From NCBI GenBank assembly GCA_029953675.1, contig JAMWBK010000003.1, positions 1,860,001 through 1,924,000 of the forward strand: a stretch of 64,000 nt of DNA, given 5' to 3'. The translations under genes and the position numbers were made by a program. The notes beneath the pieces are model-generated. The model had not been told where the DNA came from, did no database searches, and saw only the letters and a program-made list of their open reading frames with translations. Positions 13,255-25,349 of this stretch are shown piece after piece (the first letter of the stretch is position 1; each line of letters starts with the position of its first letter). Origin of the DNA: Rhodosorus marinus CCMP1338 (lineage: Eukaryota; Plantae; Rhodophyta).

Positions 13255-13309
13255 GAATGGTTTAATCGGAGGCTGAAAAAAAAAACCCCGAGGGGAAAAA
13301 AAGACTAAG
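13255..13309. other. ~55-bp conserved non-coding motif, second copy at 31106-31163
   Basis: ggtttaat(c/t)ggagg(c/g)tgaaa...aaaacc(c/t)cga.ggggaaaaaa.gactaa. Confidence 0.75.
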
Positions 13310-13349
13310 CGCGGCGAAGTACTCGAACATCAAAGCGTCGTGTTTATTA

Positions 13350-13700
13350 CGTTAATAGTAAAAAAACCAAAACAAAAATTCGAACGGGTAAAAACGGCGA
13401 GGAGAGCAGATAGGGGCGCTCATGGAACACTTGGCGAAGCCAAAGGGAACCAATTTGACAAGACAAATGTGCATTTATCAGAGGCTAACCACCCTGAGAG
13501 CACTAAGCTACTGGAGACGCATACTGCGCGCGTCAAACAACATGCGGCGTTTATTCGCCATAAAACGAAGCTCAGAGCCGTGCACAGACTGGAAAGAGCA
13601 GCCTGGTTTCACGCGAGCAATAGGGGTCACCCAAACCATCCCGGAAACCCGAACGACTCAATCCATGAACTGTAGTGGCAACCACAGACAACGGCCCTAG
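13350..13700 (-). pseudogene. Degenerate member of the uncharacterised 'WLRxxF...LWR' repeat-protein family
   Basis: Minus-strand pieces read LSSLCTALSFVLWR and IGSLWLRQVFHERPYLLSS. Nucleotide similarity of 13375-13450 (rev) to 23225-23295. Confidence 0.65.
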
Positions 13701-14454
13701 AGAACGCTAATACAAATAGAAAATGTAAGGAGCCCCTTCAGCGTGGTAAGCCAGAACATATCATTTTACAAGGATACCAGGCGGTGGCCTAAAGCTGAAG
13801 CTCGAATCCCGCTGGGTTAGACAAAGTCCGCGCGTATTTCACTTTGTGACGTGCGTAGTGGCAGCAGCAGCCCCAAGGCGCCCTACCGCAGCCGGCGGAT
13901 AATGGCTAGCCTGGGGATTTGGGAACATCGCAGATGACTGTGGGGCACGTATTTTCAGTTGTGAACTACGCGGCCCCTGGGATTAAGTGCAAGGTAGTCG
14001 CTTGGTCCGACTTTGAGTGATAACTTCGACTTGAAAGCAGCTTTGAGACAGCTCATCACTCTCGAGTCGAGTGACTTTTTCCCCCTCGGCCGATTCGCGG
14101 TTAAGTGGAGCCGAACTCCCTGGATTAATTCACGCCTGCGTGGCCTGTTGGTTTCATCTATGCGGTACTTTGCCGGTAAAGGCCTTGTATAAGCATATGC
14201 AAGGATGGGGAAAGCGTGCACGTTGCGGATTCTCGCATTGTACTAAATCCTCCGGGACCGTTCATGACCCCCTACACCATAGCTTTTACAACTGCCCTTC
14301 CAAAGCTTTAACTACGGCCTCGCAACGCCAAATCAGATTTTAGGCTCGAATCAAACTTGGCAGAGGCGAATGATTCTTTACTCCAATAACCCTACAGGTG
14401 CACTCATGTTGCGAGGATCCAACGCAACCCTCTCTGGCCAGACCAAACTCTTCT

Positions 14455-17400
14455 CTAACGACTCAAATACCGAAGGTACCTGAAACCGAGGTAGCCAACT
14501 GTCCATGAGAAAAACGTGAATCCGAGCACAGCTCCTACCGAAATCCATTTGTCATATTCTGGCACTCCGAATTGTTCCAGCACTTGGTCTCCGCTTGTAA
14601 TTGGACAAAACTCACATTCACTGTAGGTGGAGTTAACTACCACAGTCGTATATGCATCTGCGGACGAAACGAAAGTCACATTCAGCAAGCAGTTTTCACA
14701 GATTGTTAGCTTCACTTTGAAGTGTTTCCACGACGTCTTCGTACCCTCAGGGGGGATCGATTCACAATCCGGGAACTCATAGGTATCATCGTTATTTCCA
14801 GGATACGGGAAAGCTTGAAGCTCGTCGGCTGTGCAAACGAACTCCAGTCCAGTGAGGATGGCTTTCAAAACACCGGACAGGTAGTACGCGTTCGGGTTAA
14901 TCCAGTAGATCCAGATGTAGTACCCAGGAATTGAGCTTGCCGGGATCAAGAAACCAGCCAAGAGATTGAGTACGCTGTTCATTAAGGGGACCAGTATCAG
15001 ACCGATCTCCTCCGTAGGGCTAATTGCGCCAAACATGGACCCAGTGGCTACGGCCCACAAAGCGTAGATCAATCCAATGACGAGGAAGTATGGGTATGCA
15101 GATGCTTTGCGGGTACACGAGAATCGAAAACAAATCCGTCAGAACGTTATCAAACGGCCGTTCCTCGAACTACGTTGCAGCGCCCTTGTACATAACGCTT
15201 CTCACTTACTCTGAAAGCCGACCATGAAGAAGAACATAATGCCGAAGACAAAGTTGGTTACCAGCGTGAACGGTGCGTCAGCAATCAGTAGAGGGATGTA
15301 GTACGCAAATGCTGAGTAAGCACCCGCGGCACTTTCTCGATAGAAAGCGATCCTGTCCCCGATGACGTTCCCAACAGCGCTGTTTATGCTCATCAGGGAA
15401 GCCAGAGCCGACATGAAAGCCGCTGAAACCAGTATGAGCTGTCCAGCTTGGGTGTTCGGTACTTGAAAAAATGAAAAGCCGAGGAGCAGAGCTTGGAAGA
15501 CCCCAGTAACAAAGCGAGTGAAGTTATATTCCGGGGTCCTCCAGTAGACAGTGAAAAACCGCTTCAGGTTGGTCACAAACTGCACTCGCCGGCTTGTCGA
15601 GAATATACGGTCAAACTTGATGTTGGGCGCCTCGTCTGGCACTATCGTAGGCTTGCCACCTTCCGTATGCTCGAGGCTCCCCATTAGTTCCTTGTTCTCA
15701 GGGCTTAGTAGCCAGATCTCATGCCAGTCCTTCTGGCCCTCCTGCAACAAGATCAGCGAATCCCAAGAAAACTAGGTGAGCATTGCGTATCTTCAGCAAC
15801 ATCTGAAGGCTTTCTCTCCTTACCCTCACTGTCGTCCCAGCACCAATTTGGTCGAGCATATAGTCCGCGGGGTTCAACTTGGGATTCATTGGATCTCCTC
15901 CGTTCTTCTCGAAGTACGCAATCATTTGCGAAGCCTGTTCTCCAAGATCTCCAAAGTAGACTACTCTGCCACCCCGCTGCAGGAGCAGTAGACTATCAAA
16001 GCAGGAGAACACCTCTTTCGACGGTTGATGAATGGTGCACAAAACCGCAACGCCGGTATCGGAGACCCTCCTCATAGCGTTTGCCACCTGTGTCAAGCCA
16101 CCGGCAATCGCCCCTGCGTTGTCAGGGCCAGCTTTACGAGTTCCTAAACGGGATGACGAAGATCTGCGCTCACCTTCAACGCCGCCCTGGAATCCAATCC
16201 CGAAGTTGGCTCGTCCAGAAACAGTATAGATGGACGGACTACGAGCTCCACAGCGATCGTGAGACGCTTTCGCTGCTCGGAGGTTAGGCCAATTGCAGCC
16301 CCGGGAATACCGACAAGATCATGTTGGATCTCCCGCAGTTCCAGTAAGTCTATGGTTTTCTCAATCTGTTCTTCTCTCTCCTGGTTCGTAGTCTCCTCCG
16401 GCAGCCTCAACCGCGCAGAGAACTCGATCGCCTCCCGAACCGTCGTCTTCGACACGTGAATATCCATCTGCTCCACATACCTAGGCAGAAAGAAAGCCGC
16501 GCAACCATTTTGTAAACATTGTAGTGTCGCGGTCATGCGTCAGCGACAAGCACGCCTTCAAGTCCAAACAATAAACGAAACGAGCTACTGCCCACTCTCT
16601 TACCCCGAAACTCTTCCGAACAGGGAATCCTGAGGATATCCGTTCACTAGGACGTCGCCAGTTATCGTACCCTTTGTTTTGCGCCGTGCAAGGACGTCCA
16701 TGAGCGTCGTTTTGCCGGCTCCCGAAGATCCCATAAGCGCACACAGCCTTCCTGGCAGCGCGTACCCGCACACGTCGTGAAGAAGTTCTTTCCTCTCATT
16801 CCTGCCAATTGGTACCGAATACGTCACGTCCTTCCACGTGAAATGGGCCTCCCGAATGCCTACCTGGGTTTTTTCCTCTGCCAAACTAACGTGGATCCCG
16901 TCGAGATCAGACTTTTGGGGTTTTGCCTTTTGCGATAAGAAGGTCGTTCCGCGGTACCGCATTCGTTTTGCGATAAATATTACACCCAGAAACATGACCA
17001 ACGACAGGCCCCATAAAACCAACAGGGAATACGTGGTCCAGGAGCTGGTTCAAAAAAACACATTTGGTTAGAGCGAACGAGAGTCAAGAAGAAAAAACCG
17101 TCAGGAGCTGTTCATCCGTTTCCCCGTCACTTTTTATGCAACACTTACACTCCAATTGGGTAACCAAATCGACCCAAAATGTAGGTCTCTCCGGTTGATA
17201 TGCCACATACCCTGTCGTCCTCAGGAACGAACTCGTTCTGAGGGACCTCCTCTTCCGGAGTACATTCGAAGACAAGCCCGACAAACTCGTTATATGCTAA
17301 CCCACGGAATGCGTACTGAATCGGTGAAATCCAGCCAATCCAAAAAAGCCAACGCTGAGCGTCGTCGAGCGAAATCAAGTACCCGCTGTAAATGATGAAT

Positions 17401-19588
17401 ACCACCGTGATGACACCGATCAAAATGACGGCTACAGCTGCGTTTGGGGAAGCAACAGTGAACAATCGCCCCAGCATTTCCATGTTGAACGACAAGGTAA
17501 TAACCATGAAATAGAAATACGCAAAATGGATGCCACTAAAAACAAGGAGAAGAGTTATGTTCTCGGTTTAGGTCCAAAGCAAGGTGCGCGCCCAAAGTTT
17601 GAACGCCTCACCTATCGTTCAGATTGAGACCAACAAGCATGTAGAGGGTTATCGAAAATAGCATCGAGATAAGCACGTTAAGAACCAGAGCGTCAATGAT
17701 GCCCGCGATATGGAAAGGAGCAGCGTTATAAAAGTGGGCTGCCCTTTGTTTCAGAAATATCGGGTTTCCGGCAAACTTTTTCGTTACTCCCTGCACGGCA
17801 GCTACGGAACACAACCGAGCGCGGAAAGGGTTAGCTCGTTCTCTAAACTGCTATGAGATTGGCCATGATATAAGACTTACACAGAGCAAAGGCAATAATG
17901 GTCATAAACAGTACGCCGGTCCTCGTATACGCTCCACTCTGAGTAAGCGGAAGGCGGAAAAACAGGGTTCCGACAAGCAGGGCAATGAGCAGCTTGCTCG
18001 CAAACTCGCTAATAACCGTGCTCTTGTCCCAGGTAAGTCTCATGGAACGCTTCAGCAGGATTCCAAACTGTCTATGTTTTGTCTGCAAACATTCGCGCCC
18101 TATGATTTTCTTGGAAATATCATCTGCTTCAGAGTGCCTTCCCGCAGTACCGCGGAGCCCCTCCGCGATCTTCTCGCGGATGTCCGCATGCAGCTCACTG
18201 TTTTTAAAAGCCTCCTCAAATTCGTCCACAGTATTCAGTTCCTTGCCTTCGAAGTTCTTAATCCGAACTGACTCAGAAATATTTGGGTCCGACACGGTCA
18301 GCAAAAAGTCAGCCATCGATCTCACGGGAGGTCTCTCAAACCCGATTTCTCCAAAGTACCCTTCAACCTTCTCTCGCGGACCGTAGTAGATGCATTTTCC
18401 GCTGTCGAGAACACAGATCTGTTTCCGCGAGCAAAACCCCCGTCAGCAAAAGCGTGTCTCACAAGGAGACAGGAGCACGCCAGAACGTGGTGTTGGGAGC
18501 CAGGGCAACTAACCTTGTCGAACTGTTCGAATGTCTCATTTCCAGGCTGCTGTAGGGCCATGAACACGGTCAGATGAAACGCGTTGGCCACCTGTCGGAC
18601 GCCCTTTACGATGTCGAGGGTTGTGGCCGCATCCAGTCCTTTTGAAATATTGTCGAAGAACACAATTGAGCCCATGCTCCCGCACAGCATCTCCGCGATG
18701 GTCACACGCTTTCGCTCTCCTCCAGAAACTCCCCGCAATGACTCGTCACCAACTGCGGTGTCGAGGGTATGGTTGATTCCTAAGAAACGGGTGATCAGCT
18801 CAACACGGTTTCTCCGAATGACTTTCGCGAAGGGTAGAAAGTCAGGAATACCGCATTTAGAGGCGAACTCCAGCGTCTCCCGCACGGTCATCACCGGGTA
18901 ATGTGCGTCCTCCTGACGAACCCTTAGCATGGAGTGGGCGTAGAGCTGCCGGTTGCTTTCTTCCCAGATATCATCACCATTAATAAGCACCTCGCCGCCT
19001 ACGGATTCGTACAAGTTCGTAACTCCGGAGAGGAGGTTCAACATTGTTGTGGTTCCTGCGCCAGGTGGGGCCTGAATGAGGACCATCTCATTCGGTTCGA
19101 TGTAACCCGACACACCGGAAAGAATGCTTTTCGACCTTTTTTCATCTTTCGTGCAGGTCACAGCCTGCTTCGTCTTCAACAACGGTGCTTTCAGCTGCGC
19201 ACCAACTGTGTCGTGTCCGACCTTCTCTGTAAACGGGACGACAGCCTCAATCTGAACAGAACCAACGTTCGAGGAACGCGATCTCAGATCACAAAAGGAA
19301 AATGTAGCAGGTAGGCCACCAGAACTTGTGAAGAAGATGACTTACGTCGTTCCAAGTTATAGAGTATCCGCCAAATTCATGTCCGGTGAACATGGTGAGA
19401 ATATCGTAGAAAATCTTGCGAGATTTCTCAGAGTCAAACTGTGGGTTGAACGGATCATAGATCGGATCCTCATACCACGACCCGAAATGATGCTCTACTG
19501 CCTCCCTTCGTTCACGAAGAATCTCGAAGGTCTTGCCCGCAACAAAGCGGGAAACCCAGTCAAAACGACCACCAGTAAAACAGTCCAT
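14455..19588 (-). CDS. Full-size PDR-type ABCG transporter, copy 2; ~10 introns
   Basis: Exon ORFs from MDCFTGG (19588) to GFRYLRYLSR* (14455) carry the same NBD and TMD motifs as copy 1, separated by GT-AG introns (first is 19252-19345). Confidence 0.93.
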
Positions 19589-21499
19589 GACGAAAACCTC
19601 GCCACCACTGCCCCGGTTCCTCCTTCAATCCCTCTCTGCCCCTCCCTCTTGAAGAAGAAAAAAGAAATTCCTCTATCCACTCTTCCGTGTCCTAAACCCT
19701 CCAAACCTTCCTCCCTATCCCTCCCACGCTCCCCCTCCTCCTCTCCCTCTCCCTCTTCCGCCGCACTCTTACATATAATCTGGCCTCGTCTCCCAGTTGT
19801 TCACCATGAAGCCATGATCACAACCCACGTGGTTTCCCAAAACCCCCCCCCCCCCAAAGAAAATAAACCTCCGTAATCAACATGGGCAAATCCACACATA
19901 AACGACGTCCGCAAATAACGAAACTCGACATCAATTGTCGCTTTTTTCATTGACATTCTCTAATAAACCAAAAAATCTTTAAGCGCAATTACGCCGTATG
20001 TTGAGTCCCAGCGAAAATGAAGGGATCCAGGCTATATTGCCAGGGCCATCCGAATCGGGTAAAACTTGGCTGTTGAAATAATACATTCTCGTAAACAACA
20101 ACGCACCCAATTTTCTCTTCATTGGTGTCAAGAATATTGAATAACAGATTAAATTATTGAGTTTGCTATGAAAAAAAACGCTATCTATTTCCTACTAATA
20201 AACCAATAGCGCAGGAGTTTTTCATAATTAGAAGTCCTGTAATTTTTGGCTCAACTTCGCACACCCCGCACGGCACAGCAAACAAAGGTCGATTTGCGCC
20301 TCGGTGCCTCATACCGTGAATATTTAATAAACGAACGAATATTTTTGCAAGCTTGAGGTTGAAAAGCACTGTATGATCGCGCCTCTAAACGAAGGTATTA
20401 GGAGGTCTAGAGCTGATATGTCAGATCGATTATGCCCCTAACCTATCGACATGTATGATGCGCAAGTATGTATGAAATATACTCAAAAACAAGACTCGGT
20501 CACCATCAAGTACAACGCAGGCGATTTGTGGCTCCAGCTCGAAGCTTCGGGTGAGAGTTATTGTATATACGATAATAGTTTGATTGGTCGGCAGACGTAT
20601 GGTTATTTAGCAAGGTTCCCAAATCAACGCGTCCTTAACACAAAAAAGTTTGGTTAATCCTTGGATTGATCCCATGGCGCACGCCCTCAACTAGTCCTCT
20701 AACAAGTAAACGACAACTGACAGCGGTAAAACGTTGGCGAAGCCCGAACTCTTTTATTTAAAAAAAACGTTTTCATTATTTGGAAGTAAGATCGTCAGGT
20801 TTCATTTTGAGAAGAAATGCCGTGGACAGCCGTCAACAGACCTTCATCTGAAATTCGGAGTTTATTATCTTTTCCTCGCACACCCCGATGAAAATAGTAC
20901 AATCGTAACGATTTTAAAAAAAGCTTATCTTTTTTTCATTTTGACAGGTTTTCGTTTCGAAGGTTTCATTAGGGAGGGTAGAGGGTCGTCCCAAAACTGA
21001 TTTCCAAGTGGTTTTGGTTACAATACTGGGTGCTTTCCGCTTTTGGCTGAAACAAATGAAAAGGGTCACATTTGGGGCCCCACCGCACTTTCGGTTTAGA
21101 AGTTATTGTACGTATTTAATCAATTTTGATTGACATGAGGCGTCTGTCAACTCGTGCAGATAACCCAAACGTGGAATTTAGCCATGGAACAGTTTATTTT
21201 TAGGATGGTCGCTCAGAACCTATAATTTAGAAGCTAACATCCGCTAGAACGCACTTGCGAGCGACCTGGTAACAGCCCTGTCTCTCGAGTGCAGCAAGAC
21301 AAAAGGTTCTAGAACCTAAACGGATTAGGTTTAGGATTGTTGGTATTTGCTCAGCCGGAGAAAAGGGTCAATAAATTCCAGAGATATGCCTTCCATTCTT
21401 GTTTTCTTTTTCCAAAGAATAAGCCTCATTCCTTTGTTTTGCTAGCGCAAACCCCGCAAAACCACCCTGTTGCCAATTTTGCCGTTTAGGGACTGAAAA

Positions 21500-21850
21500 T
21501 ATCGAAAAATCCGACTCGCGTGACTCAAAAGAGCAATAATAGTAAGGGCCATACAGGAACAAACTGCCACCCCGGGCGGGGTGTTATACTTCGCATTTGC
21601 CACACTTTGTACGATATAAAAATTTCCCCTAACCGGGAGGTGGAATTAGCCGCTCACTGCCCACCCCCTCAAAAACGCGTTACCCACCCTCGTTCATTGC
21701 GCGGAATCGACTATGCCATGGAAAACAAACCCTACCTTGGGTAGGACCGGTTTGAAATAGTGAGCAAATGATTGGCTTGTTCATATTTTGACGGCAATGC
21801 ATTGGATAAAACGAAAAAAAGATTAAATTGTACATGTTGGTATATTAAAG
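21500..21850. repeat. ~300-350 bp diverged direct repeat, second copy at ~23660-23990
   Basis: Shared colinear blocks aatagtaagg, atataaa.atttcc, tggaatt, ggaatcgac..ggaaaac, ggaccggttt, aatgattggct, ttggataaa, agatta..ttgtac. Confidence 0.7.
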
Positions 21851-22283
21851 GATATGCTATTTTTATTCTCTACTTAGAAGGATGACTACCAATGATAAAT
21901 ACTTGAAGTTGATAAGGGATTATGAATGGTGAAAATGAGCCGGATGCCTCGCCTATTGGTCATGCAGATTAAATATATTTGTCTTTCTTATTTCAATATG
22001 GTTTGAGTGGTGGGAGTCGATATCATGCTTGCAAATGGGATCGCGGACTGATGGCTATGGTTTGACATGTTCTACTGTAGCAATCACGAGTTCGAAGAGT
22101 AGTAGACAGTATGCTCCGTTCACACAATCTAGTGAATGAATGGTTTAATCAATCTAGTAGAGCTCTAAGATACAGATGGCCAGGAGAAAGGACCGGAAAC
22201 GTTCTTCCGACAAATGAAGACGTTGATGAACTCCTTGTTTCAGATACTTTCTAGAAAGGCATCCGAAGCCTGTGCCACCTGAA

Positions 22284-22365
22284 AAAGACCGCAGCTGAGG
22301 AGTTATGCCATAAAGACCGAAGCTGAGGAGTTGTGCCATAAAGACCGAAGCTGAGGAGTTATGCC
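22284..22365. repeat. 28-bp minisatellite x3
   Basis: aaagaccgaagctgaggagttatgccat units, head to tail, with no spacers. Confidence 0.9.
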
Positions 22366-22399
22366 TTTATTGAGGACCCTGAATAAACCGTTGATAAAT

Positions 22400-23500
22400 A
22401 CCTTCTAGCCAAAGAAACGAACTCCGCAGACCTCTGCATGGAATGAGTGTCCACAAAGACTTGATGTTCACCAGCGAGGACTTGACTGCCTCCGCCTCTA
22501 TTTCATGACTCTCCCTCGGCCTTCCAATGCCTCTAGTGAAAAGAACGATGAACCCACTCCCTGCAAGATATTTAATCATCTGCAATCTTGGGAATGCTCC
22601 CAAGCCCGAGTCGAGCTCAAATAGCTCTTCTACTCATACCCTGTGGATCCCTTGTCCTCTGTTTCACCAGCTCCCCAGAAGTGCTTCCCCACCGGTTTCT
22701 AATCGCCAAAGCTGCCCTCACTGTTGTTCATGGTCTCAAGCGCTCCCCCAAAGTGCGATTCTGGAAATCAAAAACCCACCTATCCTCTGAAAACAGGTGC
22801 ATTTTCCCGTTGCCCACCAAAAACCTGCGAGAGTAATCAAAATTTCATTGCCCACACGCTAAGTGTTACACGGACCCACTGGAAACGCCTATTGCCCACA
22901 CTTATATATTGCGCCCACTTACTGCCCTCCTTTAAACCTCCTGTTTTCGCCGGTTTACCCACTTCTGGGTAGTAAACAGCCAAAAACCCGACGCACTTGG
23001 CACACACCCTAATAAGAACATATTTTTAGTGAACGGTCCCTGGTTTTGGCCTGAGCTGAGACGCGAGCAGAGTCTGCTGGGAAGGATGTTTCTTGTTGAG
23101 CTTGTGCTCTGCGTTCTGACCCAGATGCTTCTAGATAGAATATCAATCAACGAGCGCGAAATCCACGGCACTAGTTCATCGCCTGGTATCGCTGGTCATT
23201 GAATTTTTTGGGTTATGGATTCCGTTGGTTCTCCTTGGCTTCGGGAGTTGCTCCGTGAGCGCCCTGTCCGTCTCTCCTCGTTGTTTACCCGCTCAAGCTT
23301 CTTGCTGTGGCGTATGAGCACTGCTTTGACGCTGGAGGTGGGCGATCTTCGCCGCCATAGTCTTGTTGTCCCCTCCGGTTTTTTTCTTTCAGTCTCCAAT
23401 TAACCGACTCATTCAACTCCATGTGCGACGCCGTGTTTCAGAAGTGCAGCAAACTGCCGGTTTCGTGGACTTGGCTATATGTATAGAATTCCACTGAAGT
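22400..23500 (+). pseudogene. Degenerate member of the 'WLRxxF...LWR' repeat-protein family
   Basis: HRLVSLVIEFF, a frameshift, then MDSVGSPWLRELLRERPVRLSSLFTRSSFLLWRMST (ORF 23215-23403). A weaker unit GLDCLRLYFMTLP lies near 22480. 23400-23500 matches 35690-35790. Confidence 0.65.
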
Positions 23501-24456
23501 AAAAAAAAAGAATAGGTTTGCCGAAAGAATAGGTTTGCCGACAGTTTCCGTCGCGTTTCAACATTGTGAGCGCTGTGTGCTTAGACTGGAGGCAACTCTT
23601 CCTGAATGTCAGCGTCAGGTTCATCTTTCCCTCAAGCGACCAGAAAACATCCACCCGGTCTAATTCTACAGACTCCCGGGTGGCCGCAACTTACCAATAG
23701 TAAGGTTGGGCCCCAGGGGGGAGGGGCGAAGAGGGGGGGATATGTTTCGCAAATCCCCTCGCCGTGTAGAATATAAATATTTCCTTTACTAGGATATGGA
23801 ATTCCCTCGTCACTCCCGACCCCCTCACCTAGTGCGTGGAATCGACCAGACATTGGAAAACACGTCCAACATTAGGTTGGACCGGTTTTGATCTGGAATT
23901 CAATGATTGGCTAACATATGAATTCATAGGTATTAATTGGATAAATTGAGAATAGATTATTTTGTACAAAGCAATAATTGTGCATTAATTGGATAAGCTG
24001 AGAAAAGATTATTTTGTAGAAAGTAATATTTGTGAAGATAGTCTAAATTAATACGTATATTCAAGATGTATATACCAATTATGGGGACGTTCTGTTCCCA
24101 AGGAAACGTGAATGGTGGATCTAGTCGCTAGTCCTCTTCTATTGGTCATAGTTTTTGCAAACCGTTTGTTGTGTATTTCCATATATTTTCTTTTACGTCC
24201 TCCATCAGCTCAACGCACAGCTTTCCAATGTGTGAGTATGTAGGGGGAGGGAGAACTGATTCGGAAAACCAGAGCCCTCAGTCCGCTTTGGATGTAGCCT
24301 GCGAAACAGAATTTGATTAGGCACCAATTCCCAGTCCCGAACCATTGAAAACAAAATTCATTTTCATATTCCCCCGTATCAAGCCGGGGGATAGCGATCA
24401 GTAGCTACTCCCAACGCAACGTCCCAACAGCCCCCTTTTTCCCGAATTCCCCGTTT

Positions 24457-24894
24457 TTGAGTTGCGAAGAATCCTCCGCACTTGGGCTCAACCCTACCAA
24501 CAGGCGGCATCCCGCTGTATTGCAGACCTCCTGGCTTCGGACGCATCTGACAGAGCCTCAGAACATGTCGACCTCGCCGTCAATTGCCCAGTTTCAAGTA
24601 CTTATCTCCGATTTGCTGCCCCAGGGTGGGGTGGACGGGTTGCGGCAGCCGCTATTCTTCGCCCGTCTCCCCTGCGCTGAGGAAAATGCGCAAAGGTTTC
24701 AGCCTTTCCTTGTGGAAAGATTTGCTCATCTAGAAATGTCAAGCCTGGACTGGCTTCGTTTCTCTGCCCACCCCGCCCAGTATTTCGTCGTCCTACGCCG
24801 GTTCAGTGTGGCTTTATGGCGATATTCCACCAGCATGCTAGCCAAGCCTCGCTACCGCCACCTTGGCTTGCACACTTTCGTTCCTCGTTCCTAG
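24457..24894 (+). pseudogene. Open-frame fragment (145 aa) of the 'WLRxxF...LWR' repeat-protein family
   Basis: LDWLRFSAHPAQYFVVLRRFSVALWRYSTSMLAKPRYRHLGLH aligns with LVWLRKCFAELPMEYMELVRCFTVALWRYSSSILAEAGHWRLGLH (34385-34530, minus strand). Confidence 0.7.
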
Positions 24895-25349
24895 CTCGTA
24901 ATGCGCCCCGCGCAAGCGGAGGACCCAATTTTATATGGTACCCTCTTGGGAATAGTTTGCGCAGGTGATTGTCCTCACACCCCAGCTCCCGCCCCTCTAT
25001 CTACGGTGGTTGCTGAGCTTTTCTGAAAGCATTTTGCTCAGCTTATAGCGCTTTAACACCTCTTACACTTTTTTACACTTTCTTACACTTTTTTTACAGT
25101 CCTAGTTTTTTTATCTGGTACCCCTCCAGGTGGGAGCGTAGCTCTTAAGACTATATTAGTGAAACCACCGTTGTAGTCTTACCATTGTATTGCGTTGCCT
25201 ACAGGGCCAAATCAGACTTCAATCTCGAAGAAAACTTGCCAGTGGCGAATATGGTTTAAATCAAATAACTATACGGGTAAACTCATCTTGCGCAGATCCA
25301 CGCAACAAGGGAGGAAGTTGGCCACAGCGATCTATCCACAGACTCCTCC

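Noticed and set aside
13775-13820. tRNA-like A-box/B-box words (gcggtggcctaa ... ctcgaatccc)
   Set aside because: The spacing is too short and no cloverleaf can be folded.
22284-22365. 28-bp repeats that might suggest a CRISPR array
   Set aside because: The units are contiguous with no unique spacers, there are no cas genes and the context is eukaryotic. It is a minisatellite.
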